Source: Myxococcales bacterium (GTDB taxonomy: Bacteria > Myxococcota > UBA727 > JABDBI01). Taken from it: a stretch of DNA of 64,000 bases. Position numbers and translations under genes: made by a program. A model generated the notes under the pieces. It searched no databases and was not told where the DNA came from. It saw nothing but the letters and a program-made list of their open reading frames with translations. This document shows, piece after piece, positions 1-9,278 of the stretch (positions within the stretch are counted from its first letter, which is position 1; the number at the start of each line of letters is the position of its first letter). The DNA lies in the NCBI GenBank assembly GCA_023248545.1, contig JAHFEF010000011.1, positions 162-64,161 of the forward strand. Reading direction: 5' to 3'.

Positions 1-2269
1 AGAACTCGCACTGACTTCCAGGGACAAAGACATCCCCATGGCGGGCTTCCCTCACCAAGCTGCCCCGGCCTATATCGCCAAGCTGATCTCACAAGGCTTC
101 AAAGTAGCGATTTGTGATCAACTCGAAGACCCCAAAGCTGCCAAGGGCCTCGTCAAAAGAGACATCACGCGCATTGTCACGCCTGGGACGGTTTTGGACG
201 ACGACAGTTTAAAACCCAGCTCAAATAATTATTTGGTGGCGTTGGTGGCGAGGGGAGAATTCAGCTTATCGGCTCTTGACCTGTCTACCGGTGATTTTTT
301 TGAAACCTCAACTTCGCAATCACAGAGTATCTTAGATGAAATCAGCAAATTGGTCCCGGCGGAGATTTTAATCGGAGGAGATCAGTGGCCCAAAGGTCTA
401 TTGGAAAAGCTCGAACAAGTTGCGAACCAAACCAAGTCTTGCCGATTCGAATTTTTCACAAAATCTTGTAAAGCTTCTGAGTTAATACTGGAGTATATCG
501 CCGAGACACAGGGTGGTGCTCTGGGCTTTTTGTCCGACCCCAAGCCATATTCGATCGATTCTGAGTTGATTATCGACGCTGTTTCCAGAGAGCATTTAGA
601 TCTGCCAGGCCTATTTAGTTTGCTCAATAAAACGTGTACAGCGATGGGGGCGCGCCAATTAAACCGTTGGCTTACAGCACCGTCCACCCATTTGACCGAA
701 ATCGAAAATCGTCAAAATAAAACTCAAGATCTGTTTGACCGGGCCAGTCATCGAAAATCTCTGCGCGATACTTTACGACACTTATACGACTTGGAGCGTT
801 TAACTGTCAAAATTGCAGCGGGTCGAGTAAACCCCCGTGAGCTCGCCAATATTCGAGACTCGCTTCAGCATTTGCCTCGCATTGCCGAGGTTCCAGATCC
901 TCTCACTGATATTCACGATCTGCTCTTCAAAGCCCTGGCCGATCATCCGCCCCTTCTGCTCAAAGAGGGCGGTGTCTTCAAACCGGGTTATGATGCCTAT
1001 TTAGACGAGCTCGTCGATTTCGCCACAGGGGGCCGAGATCAAATTGCGGCCATCGAACAACGTGAACGGGAGCTCACGGGCATTCCCAGCTTGAAAGTCA
1101 AATATACGCGGGTATTTGGTTATTATATTGAGATCACGCACACGCATTTATCAAAAGTTCCGGAGCGTTATAAACGCAAACAGACCGTCGCTTCGGGTGA
1201 GCGCTATGTGACGCAAGAACTCATGCGCCTCGAGGAAATGGTTTCAACAGCCGATATGAGACGCTTGGCCAAAGAGTCAGAACTTTTTGAGCAGTTGCGT
1301 CAGCAATTAAATACCCACTCAGCCCGGCTATTTAAAACTGCCGCTTGTATTGCCGAGCTCGATACCTATGCGGCATTTGCCGAAATTGCCGACGAGCACC
1401 GATATGTTCGGCCAAAGATACTCGACAAAGCGTTGAACCAATTGGAAATCACCGACGGCCGGCACCCCATCTTAGAAGCCCTGAATGAGAAACGCGGCAA
1501 ATCTTTTGTACCCAACTCGATCGTGCTAAACACGCATGATCGTCAGCTGCTGCTCATCACCGGCCCGAACATGGCTGGCAAGAGCACGATCATGCGCCAA
1601 GTGGCCTTGATCCAACTCATGGCTCAGGCTGGCTGTTTTGTGCCGGCACAATCAGCGACGTTAAGCCTCTGCGATCGCATTTTCACCCGCGTGGGTGCAT
1701 CGGACGATAGCCGTCATGGCCGGTCTACTTTCATGGTTGAAATGAGTGAGACAGCCCATATTTTAAACCATGCGACGCCGCACTCGCTGGTGTTACTGGA
1801 CGAAATCGGCCGTGGTACGAGTACTTTTGATGGTTTGGCGATCGCTTGGTCGGTCGCGGAATATTTGCACAATCATATTCGAGCGCGCACGCTCTTTGCG
1901 ACGCATTATCACGAGCTGACCAAACTCACAGAAACTCTTGCACACATGCACAATGTCCAAGTGGCCGTGCAAGAAAACGCCGGCGAGATTAATTTTTTGT
2001 ATACGCTTCTAGAAGGCGCTGCGGGGCGCAGCTATGGCATCCAAGTGGCCAAATTGGCCGGACTCCCCCGAGAAGTTCTAGAGCGTGCCAACGAAGTCTT
2101 AAACTCGCTTGAAAGCGAGAAGCCTACACCTCAAGTCAATCGACCTCCCAAAGAACAACTGGGTCTATTTGCAAATCCGTTCAAAGCGGCGCTCAAAAAC
2201 TTGGACTTGAACCAGACGACTCCCATGCAGGCCTTATCGCTCCTGGCTGATTTAAAGGCGCAGGCCTAG
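1..2269 (+). CDS. mutS: DNA mismatch repair protein MutS (5' partial; the gene begins upstream of the window)
   Basis: The frame is open from nt 2. Translation ...KDIPMAGFPHQA matches the MutS connector motif (E. coli GEPIPMAGIPYHA). Walker A GPNMAGKST and a C-terminal clamp/HTH region are present. ORF ends at 2269. Confidence 0.95.
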   Translation, partial: ELALTSRDKDIPMAGFPHQAAPAYIAKLISQGFKVAICDQLEDPKAAKGLVKRDITRIVTPGTVLDDDSLKPSSNNYLVALVARGEFSLSALDLSTGDFFETSTSQSQSILDEISKLVPAEILIGGDQWPKGLLEKLEQVANQTKSCRFEFFTKSCKASELILEYIAETQGGALGFLSDPKPYSIDSELIIDAVSREHLDLPGLFSLLNKTCTAMGARQLNRWLTAPSTHLTEIENRQNKTQDLFDRASHRKSLRDTLRHLYDLERLTVKIAAGRVNPRELANIRDSLQHLPRIAEVPDPLTDIHDLLFKALADHPPLLLKEGGVFKPGYDAYLDELVDFATGGRDQIAAIEQRERELTGIPSLKVKYTRVFGYYIEITHTHLSKVPERYKRKQTVASGERYVTQELMRLEEMVSTADMRRLAKESELFEQLRQQLNTHSARLFKTAACIAELDTYAAFAEIADEHRYVRPKILDKALNQLEITDGRHPILEALNEKRGKSFVPNSIVLNTHDRQLLLITGPNMAGKSTIMRQVALIQLMAQAGCFVPAQSATLSLCDRIFTRVGASDDSRHGRSTFMVEMSETAHILNHATPHSLVLLDEIGRGTSTFDGLAIAWSVAEYLHNHIRARTLFATHYHELTKLTETLAHMHNVQVAVQENAGEINFLYTLLEGAAGRSYGIQVAKLAGLPREVLERANEVLNSLESEKPTPQVNRPPKEQLGLFANPFKAALKNLDLNQTTPMQALSLLADLKAQA

Positions 2270-2621
2270 CTGGTTTTTCACGGTGTTCTCTGAGAAGTTG
2301 GCTCACCCTTCTGGTAAACTCAGCCCTGTCCCGACTTTCGAGGAAAATCTGTTGGGTCTGTTCCCGAAGTTCGGGCGGAATCTGCTCGAGGGTTGAAATC
2401 GGTTCAGGCTTTTTGACTACAGGCTTGTTTTCAGACCAAATCAATTCGTAAGTCTTATAGCGCTTCTGGATGTAGCCTCTGTGGACCAGCAACCCAGCTT
2501 TCTCAAGCTCTTTGATTAACCGAGCGATGGTCCGTTTGGAGCGTCCCATTTTTTCGGCCATGGTTTCAGGATGCAGCATGAGCAGTGGCCGCTTCGGGCT
2601 CGAGATCATGGACAGCTCCAT
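2193..2621 (-). CDS. helix-turn-helix (winged-helix-like) DNA-binding protein of unknown function; start uncertain, the ORF extends to 2732
   Basis: ORF track 2193..2732. N-proximal motif MAEKMGRSKRTIARLIKELEKAGLL is a classic HTH. The 3' end overlaps mutS convergently by 77 bp. No clear SD at any candidate ATG. Confidence 0.4.
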   Translation of the reverse strand: MELSMISSPKRPLLMLHPETMAEKMGRSKRTIARLIKELEKAGLLVHRGYIQKRYKTYELIWSENKPVVKKPEPISTLEQIPPELREQTQQIFLESRDRAEFTRRVSQLLREHREKPARPAPLNQPGAIRPAWESSGSSPSF

Positions 2622-2867
2622 CCACAGGAGCTTGGCAGACGGAGAAATGGTTGATTTGATGATATGCACAGGAATTTGAACGCAGCGGGCCATGAATGTA
2701 CTCCCATTGACAAACTTGGCCGTCGACACCACTGTGTGCCGCGACCGTTAAACTGGTTGCCGTTTCCATACCTGCTAAAAGTTAGGAAACGGCTTTTTTT
2801 ACAGACACCATGTCTGCAAAGCATCAGCGTAAATCAGGCTGGTTTTGGAAAGATATCGGGTGAATGG

Positions 2868-3341
2868 CTGACCGTAGATCACTTTTTGTGAAGTGATTTC
2901 AAATAGATAAACCTCTTGCTGTTGGTCACCCAGGCAAGATGTTAGGCGAGCTAGGGCTCGCCAAACAAAGCCTGGGCTGTCGCTGTCATATGCCCAAGGG
3001 CATGATTCGTTTGCCACATGGGGCCACTTTCGCCCATGAGACCCTGAATTTTACTCCTGTGCTATGACATTTATTATGCTTCAGGGCGATTTGGCGACGG
3101 GGTGCAATTATTGCTCCTTGCGGAGCGCAAACCCAAAACAATCGGCGGAACTGGCGTCATTGGGCAAACGGATCATGCCCTTGGGCATATGACAGCGACA
3201 GCCCAGGCTTTGTTTGGCGAGCTTCCTCGTCGACCAGACTACGGAGGATAGGGCCAAGCTCGCCTAACATCTTGCCTGGGTGACCAACAGCAAGGGGTTT
3301 ATCTATTTGAAATTGCTTCACAAAAAGTGATGGACGGTCAG
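2868..3341. repeat. ~474-bp palindromic element: imperfect inverted-repeat arms (2868-3015 and 3163-3341) around a 147-bp centre; the right arm carries a ~35-bp insertion
   Basis: Reverse complement of 2868-3015 aligns base-for-base with 3163-3341 apart from a few substitutions and the insertion ttcctcgtcgaccagactacggaggatagggccaa between GCGAGC/GCTCGC. Nested small hairpins are present (GCGAGC-tagg-GCTCGC). Confidence 0.85.
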
Positions 3342-3354
3342 GCTGACGCAGTAT

Positions 3355-3383
3355 TGCTAAAAATTGTTACTTATGTTATATTT
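3355..3383 (+). promoter_or_regulatory. putative sigma70-type promoter for the 3416 gene (TTGCTA-16-TATATT)
   Basis: AT-rich region immediately downstream of the inverted-repeat right arm. Hexamers by eye. SD GAAGGGA precedes ATG 3416. Confidence 0.3.
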
Positions 3384-3415
3384 GCTATGTATGTTATTTC
3401 GAAGGGACTGGTTCT

Positions 3416-3811
3416 ATGGAAATTATTGTGACGGCTTGGGCATTGGATTCGTACCTGGACCTAAAACATCGTGGTACTTTTACCGCAAACGATTACAACC
3501 AGATCATTCGTCCAGATGTGCTAAAGTTAAAACGCTATCCAAATGATCCTAGTTTTTTAAATGGTAAATTTTGGTCACCGGCAACTGATTTAGGCGGGCC
3601 AATACCAGGCGACTTCAAGATGAAGTGGCATAACCTTGGGTATCGCTTAATACAGTTACGTTTGCCTATCGGAATGTTTTCGAACGCAGTGCTGTGCCAC
3701 GCCTATGTTAAGACGGATTCCAAATTTGAACAACGCCAGCTTGCAAAATTCAAGACCCGTTTGGAATTGATAAGACGGGGACAATACACAGAATGCGGGA
3801 GGTTAATATGA
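3416..3811 (+). CDS. hypothetical protein, candidate toxin component (131 aa) of a two-gene toxin/HTH-antitoxin-like module
   Basis: Intact ORF with SD. Stop TGA overlaps the ATG of the downstream HTH gene (ATGA coupling). No family recognised by eye. Confidence 0.5.
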   Translation: MEIIVTAWALDSYLDLKHRGTFTANDYNQIIRPDVLKLKRYPNDPSFLNGKFWSPATDLGGPIPGDFKMKWHNLGYRLIQLRLPIGMFSNAVLCHAYVKTDSKFEQRQLAKFKTRLELIRRGQYTECGRLI

Positions 3812-4299
3812 AAGCACTGCCTTTGGAACCTGATTTAGGAGTAGAGATTGTTGAAATTGGCCACGCGATGAACCTAGCTGGGTTGCCTAAAGAGTTTGTT
3901 GCTTCAGCAGTTCATATGGCTTTTGAATTCGAAGGTGTCTACGACTTGATCAAATTGTGGGCTGAAGAACAAGATCCCATTGAACGTGAAGAACTTGTCA
4001 TAGACATCCAGGAAATGATTGATGACTATTCGGAAAATAATCTATCTACACCTATCTATGTGCGTTTCGATGACCTGGATACCATTGCAAAAAATATCCG
4101 GGCCTTCAAAGATCAACTTCGCATCATCGTGGATCAGAAGGGTGGCATCAAGCATCTATCCGAACTTAGTGGCGTGCCCCAGCCATCGCTGTCCAGATTG
4201 TTTAACTCAAGCACCATGCCCAGGCGCAACACGTTGAACAAGATACGACATGCCTTGAAACTAAACCAGGTGCAACTAAGTACTCAATGGTCGCACTGA
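3808..4299 (+). CDS. XRE-family HTH protein (C-terminal HTH), candidate antitoxin/regulator (HigA-like architecture)
   Basis: Strong SD GGGAGG 5-11 nt upstream of ATG 3808. C-terminal GIKHLSELSGVPQPSLSRLFN...NTLNKIRHAL is a typical XRE HTH. Translationally coupled to 3416..3811. Confidence 0.55.
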   Translation: MKALPLEPDLGVEIVEIGHAMNLAGLPKEFVASAVHMAFEFEGVYDLIKLWAEEQDPIEREELVIDIQEMIDDYSENNLSTPIYVRFDDLDTIAKNIRAFKDQLRIIVDQKGGIKHLSELSGVPQPSLSRLFNSSTMPRRNTLNKIRHALKLNQVQLSTQWSH

Positions 4300-4357
4300 C
4301 AAAATGATAGGCGCCTTGACTTGAAGGCGCAGGCCTAATGTGCTTTTATCGACGCCT

Positions 4358-5254
4358 ATGAGCATTTTAGTTGTCGGTTCGATTGCGTTTGATTCTGTGA
4401 AAACCCCTTTTGGCGCGTGTGAACGAGCTCTGGGCGGCGCGGCCAATTTTTTCGCCATGACGGCCAGTCTGTTTACGAAAGTTCAGTTGGTTGGCGTGGT
4501 CGGCGAAGATTTCCCCCAAGAGCATCTCAAGTATCTAGAATCTCGGGGTGTTGATACGATGGGTGTCCAGCAGACTTCTGGTAAAACTTTCCATTGGCAA
4601 GGCTATTATGGCTATGACTTGAACGAAGCGCAGACGCTGAAGACTGAACTGAATGTTTTCGGGAGCTTTAATCCCCGATTGCCGGAGCCCTACAAGCAGG
4701 CTCAGACAGTGTTCTTAGCCAATATTGATCCTGTTTTGCAACTGCAAGTTTTGGAGCAAGTCACCAAGCCCCAATTGGTTGCATTGGATACGATGAACTT
4801 CTGGATCGAGAGCAAAAATGCTGAGCTAAAACGCGTGATTGCCGAAGTGGACATCCTGTTTATCAACGAGTCAGAGCTCCGGCAGTTGGCAGATGAGCGC
4901 AATACGGTCAAGGCAGCCAAAAAAATGCAGACGCTGGGAGCCAAGACAATTATTGTGAAACGAGGCGAATATGGGGCCCTGATGTTTCATGAACAAGGCA
5001 CTTTTTTTGCGCCGGCGTTTCCTCTGGAGGATATCTTTGATCCCACGGGAGCTGGGGATACGTTTGCGGCCGGTTTCATGGCACACATCGATCAAGCCGG
5101 CAGATTTGATTTTGCGACGTTCAAAGAAGCCATGGTCATGGGGAGTGTCATGGCCAGTTTTGTGATTGAAGATTTTTCTTTCGATCGTATCAAACGCCTT
5201 GAAAAATCTGAGATCGATCGTCGTCGAAAAGAATTTAAACAGCTGACCCTCTAG
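4358..5254 (+). CDS. PfkB-family carbohydrate/nucleoside kinase (ribokinase superfamily)
   Basis: PfkB signature-2 DPTGAGDTFAAGF plus the N-terminal GG dipeptide region. About 299 aa from ATG 4358. Confidence 0.85.
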   Translation: MSILVVGSIAFDSVKTPFGACERALGGAANFFAMTASLFTKVQLVGVVGEDFPQEHLKYLESRGVDTMGVQQTSGKTFHWQGYYGYDLNEAQTLKTELNVFGSFNPRLPEPYKQAQTVFLANIDPVLQLQVLEQVTKPQLVALDTMNFWIESKNAELKRVIAEVDILFINESELRQLADERNTVKAAKKMQTLGAKTIIVKRGEYGALMFHEQGTFFAPAFPLEDIFDPTGAGDTFAAGFMAHIDQAGRFDFATFKEAMVMGSVMASFVIEDFSFDRIKRLEKSEIDRRRKEFKQLTL

Positions 5255-5299
5255 ACACTGTTTCTCGTCTGGATATATTCCCCGAAAAGGAGTCACGAT

Positions 5300-5590
5300 A
5301 TGAAAAGAAGTCTAATTTTGTTTTCTGTGTTGTTCTCACTCGGCGCTTTAGCGGATGCAGAAATTCCAGATCGGTTAAGCAACAGCATTTTGCAAACGGT
5401 TAAGCATTACAAAGAAAGTCAAGAAAAAGCAAAGAAAGCTGAGGCTAATCTACTCGCCCTCCAAGAGGCATGTAAATTTGTGGTGGAACACATGGCGCCG
5501 AAGGCCGATGCGCCGGAAATGCTTGCACATCATGTCATGCTATCGGAGGATCCAGCGCCGGCTGCCGAGTTGCCAAAGACTGATTTGTAG
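5300..5590 (+). CDS. small secreted protein, unknown function
   Basis: Signal peptide MKRSLILFSVLFSLGALADA. Helical, charged mature part. Confidence 0.45.
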   Translation: MKRSLILFSVLFSLGALADAEIPDRLSNSILQTVKHYKESQEKAKKAEANLLALQEACKFVVEHMAPKADAPEMLAHHVMLSEDPAPAAELPKTDL

Positions 5591-5604
5591 TCTTTTATAG
5601 AGGG

Positions 5605-6213
5605 ATGCGATTCTTTCTCGTGTCTTTCTTTATTGCCTGGCCTATATTGGCCGGGCTGCAAGCTGTCTATGACAAAACCTATTCTTTTGAAGCCAATTTT
5701 AAGCAAACTTATTGGAACAAGCTGTTTGATAGAACAGACCACAGCGAAGGCAGGCTGAGTTATCAAAAGCCCGGCAAAATGCGCTGGGATTATTTAAAGC
5801 CCAACCAAAAATCGTTTATCTTAAACAAAAACACACTGTGGATGGTTGAGCCCGAAGAAAAAGTCGCCACCATCAATCGCTGCTTTCAAGCAGATGCTCT
5901 AACGGCGTCATTGGTATTTTTGGGCGGCAAAGGCAAATTAGCCGAGCAGTTCAAGATCGAGACTAAGCCTGGCCATCAACTGGTTCTAACACCCAAAGTC
6001 AAAAATCCGGTTTTCGAGCAGCTGATTTTGGGGGTGGACCCTAAAACCAGTCGGGTGATTCAGAGCACGTTGATTGACGCCGATGGCAATAAAAATGAGT
6101 TTAAATTTGAAAATAGCCGATTCAACCCAAAAATAGCACCCGGCAAGTTTAGTTACACGGTTCCAAAGGGGACAGAACTGCTAGATATGCCCGGTAGTTG
6201 CGGCGCGAAGTAA
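5605..6213 (+). CDS. lolA: LolA-family outer-membrane lipoprotein carrier protein
   Basis: Signal peptide, then the F-x-A-x-F-x-Q ... W-D-Y ... L-W ... segment. The block LVLTPKV matches E. coli LolA FVLTPKA. Length 202 aa. Confidence 0.75.
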   Translation: MRFFLVSFFIAWPILAGLQAVYDKTYSFEANFKQTYWNKLFDRTDHSEGRLSYQKPGKMRWDYLKPNQKSFILNKNTLWMVEPEEKVATINRCFQADALTASLVFLGGKGKLAEQFKIETKPGHQLVLTPKVKNPVFEQLILGVDPKTSRVIQSTLIDADGNKNEFKFENSRFNPKIAPGKFSYTVPKGTELLDMPGSCGAK

Positions 6214-6564
6214 AACCAATACAGCCCCTTCGCCTCCCAGACGGGTGGGGGCGTCTTGTACTTGGGCCACCAGATCGCTGTTGCCTAAAAAGCCTCTCAC
6301 TTCATAGCGCAATACCCCGCTGCCTTTGCCGTGAATGATCAAGACACGTCTTTTTTGAAGCTCCAAGCAGCTTAATAAAAAGACTTTGACGCGCGCAATT
6401 GCCCTATCAGCCGTCATGCCATGTAAATCTAAACTGGCCTCGTAATCTTTCTGAATGCGTTTTTTAGATCTCCGACGTTTGGAGATGGGTTCTGGTTTAT
6501 AGGCAATCAGAGAGGGGTCGTTGACCGCTTTTAAAAATAACTCTCGATCTTCTAAATCAGCCAT
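6181..6564 (-). CDS. Smr domain-containing protein
   Basis: C-terminal Smr motif LDLHGMTADRAIARVKVFL...VLIIHGKGSG. Start taken at MADLEDREL; the ORF extends to 6624. Confidence 0.7.
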   Translation of the reverse strand: MADLEDRELFLKAVNDPSLIAYKPEPISKRRRSKKRIQKDYEASLDLHGMTADRAIARVKVFLLSCLELQKRRVLIIHGKGSGVLRYEVRGFLGNSDLVAQVQDAPTRLGGEGAVLVLLRAATTGHI

Positions 6565-9278
6565 TTGAACCGATTGCCATAAGATAGGGCCAAACCAAAT
6601 ACAGCGCCGACACCATAGGTCCAAGGGTTATCCATGCGTTCACCAATCGTGAGATTGGTCATGGCTGAAGCGCTGAAACCGGCAATAATTGGCACGCTGA
6701 TGCTGGCATCGGTGAGCCAAACAATGCCCATACGGCCTCTGTCGGGGTTGTCTACAATTGGAAAAAGTTTTCTGAAATTGGATTCGATTTTAAATCCGAA
6801 ATACCGCCAATTGTAGCGATAGGCACCGCCGAGTTCAAAACCAGCCCCGAAAGACTGGTTGGGCGTGTCTCGACTAAAATCATAACCTAGCAACGCACCG
6901 ATGCGAAAGAGCTCATAGCCCAAGCGAGGCTTTCTCGAGACTCCTAAAAATAGTCTCATGTCGTGTACACGACGAGGCCAGTATTGTTCGGGCAAGCCCG
7001 TAAATAATGGATTGGGCCAAAGCTGTGTTTCGTAAGTGAGTCGGGTGAGCGGAGAGACATAGGCTTGAATGGGCAGCCGTGCCTCGGCTTCTAATTTGAC
7101 CGAGTCTTTGCCGGGTCGAATCTTTTGGATTTCACCAGGGGTTCTTGCATTGGCATTGTCTTGGTTGGGTTGATAGTACTTGATGCTGCCTACCAAGCCG
7201 GTTTCAAATTTAGGCATCAGGTAATAGAGGCCTGCTTTCCCATAAAAAAGAACGTTCAGCAAATTCGGGTCCCAGAAGCGATTTTCGTCGAAAGAAGCGT
7301 TGGTATTTGTGTTCGCTTCCAGTTGCCAGTTAGACAGGTTGTTATTGACGGTGTTGAGCTTCAGACCAAAATCTAAGTCGCTGATATCGAATAATAAGAC
7401 AGAACGTTCGGGACGTATTTCCAAGGGTGTTTTTTGCTCGATTCCATGACGGACCAACTCTGCCATGGACGGCGCTGATTTTAAGAGCTGATATCTGTCA
7501 TCGAGCGAGTCAGAGCTTTTGTCTTCGCGTTTTCGCAATTCAGCTAAAAATTTATGTGCATCTTTGTTGCTTTCCAACAATGCTGTCTGGACGGAACTCG
7601 ATGGATTGCTGGTCGAGGCAAAAAGGCTTTCGCGCGCAATAAAGTCGCTAATAGCCGCCAGAACTTTTTCACTGACGACTATTTTATAACTTTCTGACTC
7701 TGAAATTTCACGTTGGAGTGTATTGGTGACAATTACTGGCGGATCAAATTGGTCTTTCTGAATGGCTTTCAAAACTTGTTTGAGGTAATAGCCACCCAGA
7801 TTAATTTCGATGCCTCGGCCTTGCGGGGCGATGAGATTTTCCGCCAAGGGCATGGGTAAACTGGAATCAATCGGCGTTGGAGAAATGCGCTTTTCAATCA
7901 TCACCAATTCGGAATTGGGGTGGGCGTTGAGCAAAATATTGGAAAGCAGGGTTTCAAAATCGCTTTCTTTCCAATTTTTTTGAGACAGGGCGGGGGTGTA
8001 AAAAGACTCCTGAACGGCGGTCTCTCCGACAATCGGGTGCCGTTTGACCAAAATCCGTCGAATTTGGCCAGGAGCACTCGACCATACAGATACTTCAGTG
8101 ACATCCGATGAAGAAATCCTGACCAGCGGCGCAACCGTTCTGACTCCAACAGCCTCATTGCCTTCTAAGTTTATATCGTCGCTGGCCGGTAGTGAGCCGC
8201 CGCGTACGGTTGATAGGGATAAAACCATGTCCAAGATCGGGTATTCAATGGCTTCGGCCGCAGAATCACGGTTTTCACTCAGGGCAATTACGAGGTCGTC
8301 TCCTTTAAACTTGATGCGTTCGATAGATTGTCGAGTGGTCAATAATTTGAGATCTTGGCCTAAAAAACCCGAGGCCAGCTCAGAGATTTCTCCAATCGCC
8401 AAAAATCGCACTTCGCTTTTTCCAATCCGGATGCGTCGAGAAGTTGGCGGTGCGTTTTCTCCGGTGAGAGCACCAATGTAGGGGGTTTGGTCAGGTATTT
8501 CAGAAAGCATATTTAGATCATAGCGCCCTAAAGCCAGCGCCGCTGGATTTCTAGCTTGGAGCAGCTGGCTCATTTCGATGGCTGTAGCAAGACTTTCGCG
8601 ATCGCTGCCAGTGAGTGCGTTGCCGAGATCAACATAACGGGTGGGTATACTGGTGTCTGTTTTTAATAGCTGGTCTACCAACTTAAAAGTCTTTTGAGTG
8701 GACCCGAAGTCACGTGGAAAAAAATAGTATTCCTGCCCCGCTGGATCAACGGCAAAAACGGCGTTCACTTTTCCAATTTCGTTTAGTTTTGAAGCCCAAT
8801 AGACACCGGTTTGCTCAGTAGAGACGTCCACTGCGTAGAGGGTGTGAGAATCCATGGTAACGGTTTCGTAAACTACTTTTCTAGAGACTCCGCCAAGTTC
8901 GCGCCGAAGAGAGTCTTCTGCAAAATCAATCAAGTTACTCGAATTTATCTTGAAGTCAAATAATTGCGAGGCGTCGATGGCATTGATGCTTTTTTTAGGG
9001 GCTGATGGGACCGCTTGAATCAGCTTATTAAGGTCTATGGGGTGGTCAGAAAAATAAATCGTATTCTTTGCAGCGTATGCTTCGAACTGAGCATTCTTGA
9101 TTTGAATCGGGCTCGTGCTGCCCAGTCGAAACAGCGGAGAGGCATAAAAAGCCTCGTGGCCAGTGTGAATACCCTGCAGCCCCCCTGTGACAATCAGTCG
9201 AAAATCAGGAGCTGGCTCGGCATGAACCAGCGAACTAAAAACAGAAAATAAAATACTAAGATAAATTAATTTTTTCAC
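6552..9278 (-). CDS. large secreted protein (908 aa), unknown function; the C-terminal ~250 aa are beta-barrel-like, suggesting an outer-membrane location
   Basis: Signal peptide MKKLIYLSILFSVFSSLVHA. The C-terminal region has alternating aromatic/aliphatic beta-strand pattern with Gly/Tyr/Asn-rich turns. No recognisable catalytic motif. Confidence 0.6.
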   Translation of the reverse strand: MKKLIYLSILFSVFSSLVHAEPAPDFRLIVTGGLQGIHTGHEAFYASPLFRLGSTSPIQIKNAQFEAYAAKNTIYFSDHPIDLNKLIQAVPSAPKKSINAIDASQLFDFKINSSNLIDFAEDSLRRELGGVSRKVVYETVTMDSHTLYAVDVSTEQTGVYWASKLNEIGKVNAVFAVDPAGQEYYFFPRDFGSTQKTFKLVDQLLKTDTSIPTRYVDLGNALTGSDRESLATAIEMSQLLQARNPAALALGRYDLNMLSEIPDQTPYIGALTGENAPPTSRRIRIGKSEVRFLAIGEISELASGFLGQDLKLLTTRQSIERIKFKGDDLVIALSENRDSAAEAIEYPILDMVLSLSTVRGGSLPASDDINLEGNEAVGVRTVAPLVRISSSDVTEVSVWSSAPGQIRRILVKRHPIVGETAVQESFYTPALSQKNWKESDFETLLSNILLNAHPNSELVMIEKRISPTPIDSSLPMPLAENLIAPQGRGIEINLGGYYLKQVLKAIQKDQFDPPVIVTNTLQREISESESYKIVVSEKVLAAISDFIARESLFASTSNPSSSVQTALLESNKDAHKFLAELRKREDKSSDSLDDRYQLLKSAPSMAELVRHGIEQKTPLEIRPERSVLLFDISDLDFGLKLNTVNNNLSNWQLEANTNTNASFDENRFWDPNLLNVLFYGKAGLYYLMPKFETGLVGSIKYYQPNQDNANARTPGEIQKIRPGKDSVKLEAEARLPIQAYVSPLTRLTYETQLWPNPLFTGLPEQYWPRRVHDMRLFLGVSRKPRLGYELFRIGALLGYDFSRDTPNQSFGAGFELGGAYRYNWRYFGFKIESNFRKLFPIVDNPDRGRMGIVWLTDASISVPIIAGFSASAMTNLTIGERMDNPWTYGVGAVFGLALSYGNRFKWLI

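Noticed and set aside
382-687. 101-aa ORF antisense within mutS
   Set aside because: Entirely inside the well-supported mutS frame on the opposite strand; no signal or motif.
2566-3017. several 67-75-aa ORFs (2566-2769, 2606-2824, 2664-2891, 2799-3017)
   Set aside because: They overlap each other, the HTH gene, or the inverted-repeat element. Palindromic sequence generates mirror ORFs on both strands.
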